A DNA stretch of 64,000 nt from an uncultured Planctomycetota bacterium (lineage in GTDB: Bacteria; Planctomycetota; Planctomycetia; Isosphaerales; Isosphaeraceae): assembly GCA_963823665.1 (NCBI GenBank), contig CAWGMQ010000010.1, positions 1,760,001 through 1,824,000 on the forward strand. The letters run 5' to 3'. The position numbers were made by a program, and so were the translations under genes. The notes below the pieces were generated by a model that saw nothing but the letters and a program-made list of their open reading frames with translations, did not search any database and had not been told where the DNA came from. Below, one piece after another: positions 11,601-23,461 of this stretch; positions within the stretch are counted from its first letter, which is position 1; each line of letters begins with the position of its first letter.

Positions 11601-14600
11601 CTACGGCACCCCCAGCGTGACCATTTCCGGCACCCTCTCGAGCGGCTCGCGGGCCCCGGTGGGCGAGAGCGTCGCCGTGACGCTCGACGGCGTCCAGCAG
11701 TCGGCCAACATCGGCACCGGCGGCGCCTTCTCCACGACCTTCGACACCACCGGCCTCACCATTGCCAATTCGCCCTACACCGTCAGCTACGTCTACACGA
11801 GCGACGGGACTTTCGCCCCCGCCAGAACCACCAGCGAGCTGACGGTAACGCCCCCCATCTTCACCGTCAATAGCTTGGGAGACGCCGGGATCGGTTCCGG
11901 CGACTCGGGCGACCTGCGGTACTGCATCAACCAGGCCAACGCCGATGACGAGGCGAACACGATCGTCTTCGATCCGACCCTCTTCAGCACGCCCCAGACG
12001 ATCACGCTCAGCGGCGGCCAGCTCTCGCTGGAAGACACCGGCGGCACGCAGACGATCACCGGGCCGGCCACGGGGGTTACCATCAGCGGCGGCGGCAACA
12101 GCCGCGTCTTTCAGGTCGAACCCGGTGTGACAGCCTCGTTCTCCGGCCTGACCATCTCGGACGGCGCGTTAGTGCACGCCGGTGCCGGTCTGGAGAACTA
12201 CGGCACGGCGACGCTCACCGATTGCACAATCAGCGGCAACTCGCTCCCCGCCAGCGACCCCTACGGCACCCCCAGCGACGGCGCCGCCGTGTTCAATGGC
12301 CAAACGTTCCCGAACTACTACGGGACAAGATATGGCACGGGGAACCTGACGCTCATCGATTGCACCATCAGCGGCAACTCCTCCGGAGGATCTGGCGGCG
12401 GCGTGTTCAATTCCGGCACGGCCTACATCTACGGCTGCACCTTGAGCGACAACTATGGCGCTTCGAACAGCGGCGGCTTGTTCAATATCGGCACGGCCAA
12501 CCTGGCCGACTGCACCTTGAGCGGCAACTCCGCCGGTTTCAACGGCGGCGGTCTGGGCAACTACGGCGGCTGGAGCACGCTCGTCAACTGCACGATCAGC
12601 GGCAACTCCTCCACGATCGTCTCCGTCCGCGCCGGCGGCAGCTATGGCTACAACGGCGGCGTGTACAATTGGTCCGGCGCGGTCAACCTGACCGATACCA
12701 TCGTCGCCGGCAACACCAATTCCGTCGGCGCCAGCGCCGACATCGCCGGTCCCGGCAACGTCTCGGGCCGCTACAACCTGATCGGCCCCGGCGGCTCGGG
12801 GGGGCTGGTCAATGGAGTCTACGGCAACATCGTTCTAACCAGCCTCACCGGGTTGGGCTTGGCCCCGCTAGGCAACTACGGCGGCCCGACCCAGACCATG
12901 GCCTTGCTTCCCGGCAGCCCGGCGATCGGCGCGGGTGTGATCGCCGGCTACCCGGGCAACTTCATGACGCCGATCACCACCGATCAGCGCGGCCTCCCGC
13001 TCGACTCCCCCAATCCCGACATCGGCGCCTTCCAGAACCAGGGGTCCCCACTCCTCGGGCTAACCTTCTCGGTGAGCAATCAGAGCATCAACTACGGCAC
13101 GCCCAGCGTGACCATTTCCGGGACGCTGACCGACGGCGCGCGGGCCCCGGTGGGCGAGACCGTCGCCGTGACGCTCGACGGCGTCGAGCACTCGGCCACC
13201 ATCGGCCCTGGCGGCGCCTTTTCGACCACCCTCGACACCGCCGGCCTCACCGTGCCCGATTCGCCCTACACGATCATCTACGCGTATACCACCGACGGGA
13301 CCTTCGCCGCCGAGAGCACAACCAGCAAGCTGACGGTCAACCCGACGCTCATCACTTTGACGGTCGACAGCCTGGGGGATGCCGGGATCGGTTCCGGCGA
13401 CGCGGGCGACCTGCGGTACTGCATCGACCAGGCCAACGCCGATGACGTGCCAAACACGATCGTCTTCGATCCGACCGTCTTCAGCACGCCTCAGACGATC
13501 ACGCTCAGCGGTGGCCCGCTCGAGCTGAGCGACACCGCCGGAACGCAGACGATCACCGGGCCGGCCGCGGGGCTGACCTTGAGCGGCGGCGGGAGCAGCC
13601 GCGTCTTCCAGGTCGACTCGGGCGTGACCGCCTCGATCACCGGCCTGACCATCTCCGGCGGCTCGGCGGCGGGCCTTGGCGGCGGTCTGGCGAACTACGG
13701 CACCGCGACGCTCACCGACTGCACCTTGAGCGGCAACACATGCTTCAACTCACGCGGCGGCTACTGCGACGGCGGCGCCGTGTTCAATGGCCAAACGGCG
13801 CCGAACTACGACGGGGTCCGCTACGGCGCGGCCAACCTGACCCTGACCGACTGCACCTTGAGCGGCAACGACGCAACCTACGGCGGCGGAGTGTTCAATT
13901 CCGGCACGGCCAACCTGACCGACTGCACCTTGAGCGACAACGCCGCAACGTACGGCGGCGGCGTGCTCAACGTTTCCGGCACGGCCAACCTGACCGACTG
14001 CACCGTGAGCGGCAACTCCGCCGTCGGCTTGGGCGGCGGTCTGGCCAACTACGGCTACGCACAAACCGCGGTCGGCCCGGCCAACTTGACAGACACGATC
14101 GTCGCCGGCAACACCGATCCCTCCGGCGCCAGCGACATCGCCGGTGGCGACGTCTCGGGCAGCTTTAACCTGATCGGCACCGGCGGATCGGGGGGGCTGG
14201 TCAATGGAGTCGACGGCAACATCGTCTTGACCAGCCTCACTGGATTGGGCCTGGCCCCGCTGGGCAACAACGGCGGCCCGACCCAGACCATGGCCCTGCT
14301 CCCCGGCAGCCCGGCGATCGGCGCGGGTGTAATCGCCGACTACCCAGGCACCACCACTCCGATCACCACCGACCAGCGCGGCGAGCCCCTCGATTCGCCC
14401 AATCCCGACATCGGCGCCTACCAGACCCAGGGTTCCACACTCACGTCGCTCTCTTTCTCGGGGATCAGCAACCAGAGCATCACCTACGGCACCTCCAGCG
14501 TGACCGTTTCCGGTACGCTGGCCGACGGCTCGCAAGCCCCGGTCGGCGAGACCGTCGCCGTGACGCTCGACCACGTCCAGCAGTCGGCCACGATCGGCTC

Positions 14601-17201
14601 CGGCGGCGCCTTCTCCACCACCTTCAATGCCGACGGCCTCACCGTGTCCAATTCGCCCGACACGATCACCTACGCGTATACCAGCGACGGGACCTTCGCC
14701 TCCGCCAGCACCACCAGCACGCTGACGGTCAACCCGGCGACGCTCACCATCACGGCAAACCCCGAGACCAAGGTCTACGGCACCGCCGACCCGGCGCTGG
14801 CCTATACCGCCAGCGGCTTCCAGTTCCACGACACCGCCGACTCGGTCCTGACCGGCGCGCTGGCCCGGGCGCAGGCGGGCACCCTGGCCGGCGAGCAAGC
14901 CGGCGGCTACGCGATCAGCCAGGGGACGCTCGCCGCCGACAGCAATTACACGATCAGCTTCACCGGCAGCACGCTCACCATCACCCCGGCACCGCTAACC
15001 GTCACCGCCAATCCCCAGACCAAGGTCTACGGCACCGACGACCCCGCCTTGACCGACACGGCCACCGGATTTGTCGATACCACGGTCGACGGCGTGACGA
15101 TCGACGACACGGCCGCGACGGCGCTCTCGGGCCAGCTTGCGCGGACACCGGGCGAGACGGTATCCGGCGGCCCCTATGCGATCACCCAGGGGACGCTCGC
15201 CGCCGACAGCAACTACACGATCACCTTCACCGGCAGCACGCTCACCATCACCCCGGCTCCGCTGACCGTCACCGCCAATCCCCAGACCAAGGTCTACGGC
15301 ACGAGTGACCCCAGCTTGACCGACAGCGTGACCGGCCTGGTCGACACAACGGTGGACGGGCGTGACGATCGACGACACCGCCGCCTCGGTGCTGACGGGC
15401 CATCTGGTGCGCGGACGTCCGGCGAGACGGTGGCCGGCGGTCCCTACGCGATCACCCCGGGACGCTCGCCGCCGACAGCAATTACACGATCAGCTTCACG
15501 GGCAACACGCTGACGATTACCCCGGCCCCGCTGACCGTCACGGCCAATCCCCAGACCAAGGTCTACGGCACCGGCGATCCCAGCTTGACCGACAGCGTGA
15601 CCGGCCTGGTCGACACAACGGTGGACGGCGTGACGATCGACGACACCGCCGCGTCGGTGCTTACGGGCCATCTGGTGCGCGGACATCCGGCGAGACGGTG
15701 GCCGGCGGCCCCTACGCGATCACCCAGGGCACGCTCGCCGCCGACAGCAACTACACGCTCAGCTTCACCGGCAGCACGCTCACCATCACCCCGGCGACCT
15801 TGACCGTCACCGCCAATCCCCAGACCAAGGTCTACGGCACCGCCGATCCCGCCTTGACCGTCACGCCGGCAGGACTCGTCGACACAACGGTGGATGGCGT
15901 GACCATCGACGACACGCGCCGCGACAGTCCTCACCGGGTCGCCGGCCCGTGCCCAGGCGGGCACCATCGCCGGGGAGCAGGTGGGCCATTACGCAATCAC
16001 CCAGGGCACGCTCGCCGCCGACAGCAATTACACGCTGAGCTTCACCGCCAGCACGCTCACCATCACCCCGGCGACCTTGACCGTCACCGCCAATCCCCAG
16101 ACCAAGGTCTACGGCACCGCCGATCCCGCTCTGACCGACACCGCAACCGGATTTGTCGACACTACCGTCGACGGCGTGACGATCGACGACACCGCCGCGA
16201 CCGTGCTGACGGGCCAGCTTGCGCGCACACCCGGCGAGACGGTATCCAGCGGCCCCTACGCGATCACCCAGGGCACGCTCGCTGCCGACAGCAATTACAC
16301 GCTGAGCTTCACCGGCAGCACGCTGACGATCACCCCGGCGACGCTCACCATCACGGCGAAGCCCGAGACGAAGGTCTTCGGCTCAGCCGACCCGGCGCTG
16401 GCCTTCACCGCCGCCGGCTTCCAGTTCGGCGACACCGCCGCGACGGTGCTGAGCGGACATCTCTCGCGCGCAGCCGGCCAGACGGTGGCCGGCGGTCCCT
16501 ACGCGATCACGCAGGGGACGCTCGCGGCCGACGCCAACTATACGATCCAGTTCACCGCCAGCACGCTGACGATCACGCCGGCGACGCCCCTGGTGACCGA
16601 GAGCGCCGCGGGCGGGACCTACACCGGCGCTCCGATCGCCGCCACGGCTTCGGTCACAGGCGTCGGCAGCACGGCGACCCCGAACCTGGAAGACGTGACA
16701 CCGACCCTGACGTATTTTGCCGGTTCGAGCACCTCGGGCACGAATCTGGGCTCCACGGCCCCTTCCGCCGCCGGAACGTACACCGTCGTGGCCCGCTTCC
16801 CCGGCAGCGCCGATTACGCCGCGGCCCAGTCGAAGCCCGCCACCTTCACGATCACGCCGGCCACGACGACGATCGTCCTGGAGCCGCACGCGGTCCTCAC
16901 GCGAAAGAAGGTGCTGAAGGGAGTCGAGCTCACGGCGGCTATCCAGCCGATGACCCCCGGCGGCGGCGTGCCGACCGGCACGGTGACCTTCGAGTTCGTC
17001 ACGAAGCACGGGAAGAAGGTCAAGGTGACGACGCTCGGCACCGCGGCCTTGAGCGGCGGCGCGGCCACGCTGACGTTCAAGCCGAACAAGGTGCTGAACC
17101 AGACGCTGACGATCGTCTACAGCGGCGATCCCGACTTCCTGGCCAGCACGATGAGCCCGCCCAAATTGACCAAGTCCGAGGTCGCAAGTTCCAGGATTTG
17201 A
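8656..17201 (+). CDS. Giant secreted protein 1: planctomycete export motif, 4 beta-helix/choice-of-anchor-Q modules, 7 MBG-like repeats, C-terminal Ig-like domain (several frameshifts)
   Basis: RLRRRPDLEVLEGRALLS; repeats LTDCTxSGNxA..GGGVFN; [30 protein letters not shown]; TKVYGTx[25 protein letters not shown]. Confidence 0.85.
14740..16590 (+). repeat. Tandem ~250-275-bp MBG-like coding repeats (7 units)
   Basis: (A/G)AAGGTCT(A/T)CGGC (KVYG/KVFG) recurs near 14768, 15019, 15286, 15556, 15824, 16101 and 16368. Confidence 0.85.
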
Positions 17202-17216
17202 CCGGAGGGTAGCACC

Positions 17217-19224
17217 ATGAACTGCAAGAGACATCGTTTTGGAAGTCGATTCGTCGTGAGGGTCAGCGTGATCCTCGCCTCCTGGCTCGGCGCCGGAGCA
17301 GTCCAGGCGCCGGCCCAAGAAGGGCCTTCGCACGCCGAGGCCCCGGCGCTTTCTCCGCCGCTTGAGAGGATCGATCAGGACAAACTTCTTCTGGGCGTAT
17401 ACACACTCCGGCAGGTCATCGAGAACGGCCGCCACTTGTTCACCACACCCTTCACCAAAGCCGAAGGCTATGGAGAGGGAGGTAAACCGAATGGTTCAGG
17501 CGGGTTTCTGATCGGTCCGCGCGAAACGACCTTCCGCCAGAACCTCGATGCCTTCCGGGTCCAGACCCACTCTAGCCTATCGGACGACCAGCTCCGCCAG
17601 TTCCTGAACTTCCCCGTGCCGGAGGTCAATCCCGATACCCGAAAGATTGTCTACCCCTACCTCCGGCTCAACGGGCTCGATTCTCAAAGTTGCTGGGAGT
17701 GCCACAACTTGATCGGCTCGGAGCGTTTGCCCGACACCCGCACCTATGCACTCTCACGTAAACAGAGCGTTGCCGGCGGCGCGGGGGGATTCGCCGGCAA
17801 CGCGTTCATCAACCCCAACTTACCCAACCCGATCTTCATGTTCATCCGCAACCCGCCGCACATGTTCGGCAGCGGCTACGCGCAGGAGCTTGCGGAGGAG
17901 ATGACGCTGGATTTACTCGGACTGCGGACAATCGCCTTGAGAGACGCTCTCGCGAATCCAGGCGTTGCGGCCACGCAACCTCTACAGGCCAAGACGATTG
18001 ACTTCGGCCTTTTTGTCGTCACGTACACAGGCGACCCCGCCGCCAAGCCCGGTCTGAAGACAGTCACCAACGAGTTGAACGATCACCCAGGCCAGGACCC
18101 GCCGGGCTTCAAGATTCAGTGGGACAAGATTCTTGGTGTAAGCTCCGACCTGGTTGTCCGACCGTTCCAGTTCAAGGGTATCGCTTCGAAATGTGCGCAA
18201 CTTCGTGCGCGACGCGAGCCAGTTCCATTTCGGAATGGAACCACGCGAGAACAATCCTGGTTTTGACACATCAAGCGAGAACCACGATTCGGACAATGAC
18301 GGGGTCCCTGATGAGCTGAGCGTCGGTGACGTCTCGGCCTTGACGATTTACACGATGGCGATCCGACCCCCGTTCCAGGTGCAGTCACGAGATGACGCTG
18401 AAAATCGTTTGGCCAAGCGAGGGCGGAATCTCTTCGAGGGAAACGACGTGTTCACAAAGGCCGTATCCTGCGCACACTGCCATACCCCCTCGCTCCACCT
18501 GATCGACTCCACCGTTGTCGTCAGGGACCCCAGCAAGGACCGCGCGAAGTTCGGTCCGGAGCAGTTGGTCGGCAACGGAATCGGGCTGTCGGCTCAACGG
18601 AAGTCGAGCGCGCAGCTTCCAATCGTGCGGCGGTTCATGGAGCTCGACCCGGTCGCGACGGTCGCGAGCCGAGATGCTGGCTCGGCACTGGACGCGCTGC
18701 GCCAGGCACGGACCAGGTATGAGCTGTCGTTCTTTGCACCGTCGAATAACCCGCTCGACGCGTATGCGTTTGACCTCACGACCCTCAAGCCTGCGAACCG
18801 GCTCCCGAATTCACCCTCGGAACCGAGAGCGCTCTCCGAGACACAACCGAGGCTGCCTGCCTCCGGCCGGTCCATTGAGGTCCCCCTCTTCAGCGACTTG
18901 CGCCGTCACAAGATGGGTAAGGGCTTGAAGGAACGCGATGGCTTCCGCCAGGCGACCGACGTGGCCGGACTCGTTGTGCCCGAGGACGAGTTCCTCACCC
19001 GGCCGCTATGGGGCGTCGGAGACACCGGTCCCTGGCTGCACGACGGCCGCGCCCAGTCGCTCGAAGAGGCCATCTTGTTGCACAGGTCCGAAGGAAGCGA
19101 GGCCAACGATGTCATCGATGCCTTCACGAGCCTACCTCGCGGCGATCAGGACGCCATCATCAAGTTCCTGCTAATTCTGAGGTTGCCGCTCGACCCGCGT
19201 TACGATTTCGATGACTATCGTTAG
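17217..19224 (+). CDS. Secreted di-heme oxidoreductase-family (DHOR-like) protein (frameshift near 18185)
   Basis: Signal-like N-terminus, CWECH and CAHCH, RNPPHMFGSG, LFSDLRRHKMG, FLTRPLWGVGDTGPWLHDGRAQSLEEAILLH. Confidence 0.8.
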
Positions 19225-19258
19225 ACGAAAGGGGCGGGCACAAAGAGCAGGGGATTCG

Positions 19259-19285
19259 TGTCTCCGCGCCCCCGATTTCTCGCAT
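19259..19285 (+). promoter_or_regulatory. Variant ECF promoter TGTCTC-N16-CGCAT
   Basis: The -10 box and downstream flank (TTCTGGACGGGCC..GGCCCGCCGCG) match other copies; the -35 box is divergent and the spacer one base shorter. Confidence 0.45.
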
Positions 19286-19325
19286 GACGTTCTGGACGGG
19301 CCTCGCGGCCCGCCGCGAGGCTCGC

Positions 19326-22300
19326 ATGACCGCATCGCCACCCGACAACGAGGCGATCTTCCACGCCGCCCGCGACATCCCCGACCCGGACCGCCGGCGG
19401 AAGTACGTCCGGGAGGCGTGCGGCGAGAGACGAGGCCCGGATCGCCCACATCGAGGCGCTGCTGGCGGCCGCCGACAGCCCCGACAGTCTGCTGGACCGT
19501 CCGGTGGCGGCCGCTGCCTCGGCGACCATCGACCAGCCTACCACGGAGAGCCTCGGCACAATCGTCGGCCCGTACAAGCTCCTCCAGCAGATCGGCGAGG
19601 GGGGAATGGGCGCCGTCTACATGGCCGATCAGCTCGAGCCGGTTCGCCGCCGCGTGGCGCTGAAGATCATCAAGCCGGGGATGGACAGCCGCCAGGTCAT
19701 CGCCCGCTTCGAGGCCGAGCGGCAGGCCCTGGCCATGATGGACCACCAGAACATCGCCCGCGTCCTCGACGTCGGCACGACCGCCAGCGGCCGGCCCTAC
19801 TTCGTGATGGAGCTGGTCCATGGCGTGCCCATCACCCAGTTTTGCGACGACGGCAAGCTGAACCCGCGGCAGCGGCTGGAACTGTTCGTGCCGGTGTGCC
19901 AGGCGATCCAGCACGCGCATCAGAAGGGGATCATCCACCGCGACGTCAAGCCGTCCAACGTCCTGGTGACGATGTACGACGATCTTCCGGTGCCCAAGGT
20001 GATCGACTTCGGCGTGGCCAAGGCGGTCGAGCAGCGGCTGACGGAAAAGACGATGTTCACGCAGTTCGGCGCCTTTGTCGGCACCTTTGAGTACATGAGC
20101 CCCGAGCAGGCCGAGATGAATGCCTTCGGCGTCGACACGCGCAGCGACATCTACTCGCTGGGCGTCCTGCTCTATGAACTGCTTACAGGGACGACGCCCC
20201 TGGAGCAGAAACGGCTGCGCGAAGCAGGCCTGGCCGAGATGGTGCGGCTGATCAAGGAAGCGGAAGCGCCGCGGCCGAGCGTGCGGCTCTTCAGCTCGAA
20301 CAACCTGCCGAAGATCGCGGCGGCGCGGAACACGGATCCGGGCCGGCTATCGGGAATTGTCCGCGGCGAGCTCGACTGGATCGTGATGAAGTGCCTGGAG
20401 AAGGACCGCAAGCGGCGGTACGAAACCGCAAGCGGCCTGGCGCGGGACATCCAGAGATACCTCGCCGACGAGCCGGTGGAGGCGTGCCCGCCGGGCGCGG
20501 GCTACCGGCTGCGCAAGGCCGCACGCAAGCACCGCACGCCGCTGCTCGTGGCGAGCGCATTCCTGGTACTGCTGGTCTCAGGCGCGGTCGCCAGCGCCTG
20601 GCAAGCCGTTCGCGCCACCGTGGCCGAGAGAGAGGCCGAGAGCCGCAAGCGCGAGGCCGACGACGCCCGGGCGCAGGCCGAAGAGCGGCGCGACAAGCTG
20701 GCGGCCGTGAACGACACCCTGCGACGGGCCAGTTACGTCGCCGACGTGAACCTGGCCCACGTCGCCTGGGACGAGAACAATCTGAGCCGCGCCCACGAGT
20801 TGCTGGAGAAACACCGGCCCCGGCCCGGCGAGACCGATCTGCGCGGGTTCGAATGGCATTACCTTCGCCGTCTTTTTCAGCGCGATCTGCTCACCGTGAA
20901 GGCGCATCCCGGTGGGGTTACGGCCGTCGCCTTCACCCCCGACGGCAAGCGGCTGGTCACTTCCGGTGCGAGCCGCCCACGACAGAAATACTCGGACCCG
21001 AGGCTCGGCGATTTCAAGCTCTGGGATGCGGCTACGGGCCAGCAACTTCGCTTCCCGCTCGGCGGCCGCGCCCTTGAAGTGGAAAGAGTGGCGCTCAGCC
21101 CCGACGGTACCCGTCTCGCCGCGACTTGTTTGAATCAGACGGTCCTGGTATGGGAACTGGCCACCGGCGGCCTCGTCTCGCTGCAAGGGCCCGCGGGAGC
21201 GGTCGCCCGGAATGTGAATTTCAGTCCCGACGGCAAGCGACTGGTCTGCTCGTTTAACCCCGCTGACGACGATCCGACGAAGGATTCGCCGCGTTCGATC
21301 TGGATCTGGGACCTGGTAGAGCGCCGGGCCGTCGTGACCATCGATCGGCTCCCGTGGGGTGGATTCATGGCACCGTCCTTCAGCCCGGACGGCAAACTCC
21401 TGGCCGCCCCCCACGGGAGGGGTCTCGTCAAGGTGTGGGATGCGGCTACAGGCCACGAGGTCTTCTCTTGCAAATACGCCGATAGGTCAATCGTCTGTGA
21501 CGCAGCCTTCAGCCCGGACGGCAAACGTCTGGCCATCTGCGGTTATTATAACGGGATCCGCACCTGGGACGTGGCCAGCCGCGAGATGCTCTCCGCCTGG
21601 ACGTCCGAGTTCCAGGTCCGCGAATGCCTGGCCTTCAGCCGCGACGGCAAACGCCTGGCGACGGGAGGTATCCGCGGGATCGTCGAGGTGTGGGACACCA
21701 TGACGGGTCTCAAGGTCCAGACCTTCAAAGGGCACTTAGGACCGGTCGACGCCATCGCCTTCGCTCCGGACGGCATGCGCCTGGCCACCGGGAGCGCCGA
21801 CGGCACCTTGCGCCTCTGGGACGTGACCGAGCCTCCGGAGGCCGTCTCCATCCCCAAAGATGCAGCCGCGGCCGGAGGATTCCCCGACTTGAGCCCCGAC
21901 GGCCAGACGCTCCTGACCGATCCCGTATCGGGCGAGCGAAGGCCTCTTCGGCTCTGGGACACCGCCACGGGCAAGCCGCGCTGCGAGGCGATCGAGCTCC
22001 CGCAGCCCGCAGTCAGCTGGGCATGGACCGCCGACGGGAATCATCTGTACCTCGCAGACTCCGGCAAGGCCATCCGCGTCGTGGACGTCGCGACCGGCAA
22101 GGTGATCCGCACGTTCCCGGTCGACGCCGAAATCAATCCACTTAGGTACGACATCGCGCTTAGTCCTGATGAGAGATGGTGCGCGAACAGCGGGCCAGCC
22201 GGCACGATCACGGTGCGGGATGCCCAGAACGGCGCCCCATTCCGCACGATGGGGAAGCTCGAAGGCTCGGCGGGGATCTTGGCGTTCGGCCCGGACGGCT

Positions 22301-22758
22301 CGCGGTTGCTGGGAGCCGATGAGTACGGGGCGCTCAAGATCTGGGAAGTCGCCACGGGGCGCGAGATCGCGGCGACACGTTTGAGCGGCGTCTTGATCCA
22401 GGTCGCCCGGTTCAGCGCGGACGGAAAGCGCGTGGCCGTCGCGGGCCTCGTCGGTCAGTTGCTGACCGGTGAGGTGCGGATCCTGGACGCCGAAACCGCC
22501 CGCGAAGTCCAATCACTCAGGGGGCACTCCGCCAACGTGAAGGACGCGGTTTTCAGCCCCGACGGCGGGCGCCTGGCTACCGCGAGCGTGGACCAGACGA
22601 TCCGGATCTGGGACCTCGCCACCGGCCAGGAGATCCTCAAGTTGAGCGGCGACCCGAAGGTCTACACTGTCCGGTTCGTCGCGGGCGGCCGCCGATTGAT
22701 CGGCGCATCGGCGGATCGGACCATCCGCGTCTGGGACGCCACGCCGCTGCCGGAATAG
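19326..22758 (+). CDS. Ser/Thr kinase - TM - WD40 repeat protein (frameshift near 19425)
   Basis: [40 protein letters not shown] linker; many GH..FSPDG..WD repeats. Confidence 0.92.
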
Positions 22759-22807
22759 CGTCCTGTCCCGGTCGATCCCTGCCCCCCACTGCGTTATCAT
22801 GGCCGGC

Positions 22808-23365
22808 ATGAGTGAAGTCACACAGCTTTTGGATCAGATCCAGCAAGGCGATCCGCAAGCCGCTGCCGACCTGCTGCCCTTGGTCTATTCCGAATTGCGT
22901 CGCCTCGCCGCGGCGCGGTTGGCTCATGAAAAGCCCGGACAGACACTGGATGCGACGGCCTTGGTGCACGAAGCGTACCTGCGCCTGGTGGGGCCGGCCG
23001 ACGAGGAACGCTGGCGGAGCCGCGGCCACTTTTTCGCCGCCGCGGCCGAAGCAATGCGCCGAATTCTCGTCGAGCTTGCCCGGCGAAAGAGTCGAAAGAA
23101 ACGCGGGGGCGAACGTGTCCGCACGAACCTGGATCAGGTCGAGCCGGCTGCGGCGCCGCCCGGCGAGGACTTGCTGGCCCTCGACGAAGCCTTGACCCGG
23201 CTTGCCGTTGCCGATCCGATCGCCGCGGAGCTCGTGAAACTGCGCTATTTTGCCGGCATGACGATTCCTCAAGCCGCCGAATCTCTGGGCATAGGGAAGC
23301 GGTCGGCCGACCGGCTCTGGCTTTATGCCCGTGCCTGGCTGCGCAACGCGCTTTCCGAGAGCTAG
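22808..23365 (+). CDS. ECF sigma factor, TIGR02999/ECF43-like
   Basis: [71 protein letters not shown]. Confidence 0.92.
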   Translation: MSEVTQLLDQIQQGDPQAAADLLPLVYSELRRLAAARLAHEKPGQTLDATALVHEAYLRLVGPADEERWRSRGHFFAAAAEAMRRILVELARRKSRKKRGGERVRTNLDQVEPAAAPPGEDLLALDEALTRLAVADPIAAELVKLRYFAGMTIPQAAESLGIGKRSADRLWLYARAWLRNALSES

Positions 23366-23386
23366 GAATTAGCCAACGGATTTTCC

Positions 23387-23414
23387 TGGCGCGATTTCTG
23401 CGCCGTTGGCGCAT
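23387..23414 (+). promoter_or_regulatory. Putative ECF promoter TGGCGC-N17-CGCAT between sigma and kinase
   Basis: Repeated motif with exact spacing. Confidence 0.75.
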
Positions 23415-23461
23415 GTTGAATTGCAGTCGAAGCGGCGACCTCCAAGCGGGAGAAAACGCCA

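Noticed and set aside
14740..16590. CRISPR array
   Set aside because: The repeats are long in-frame coding units without unique spacers, and there are no cas genes.
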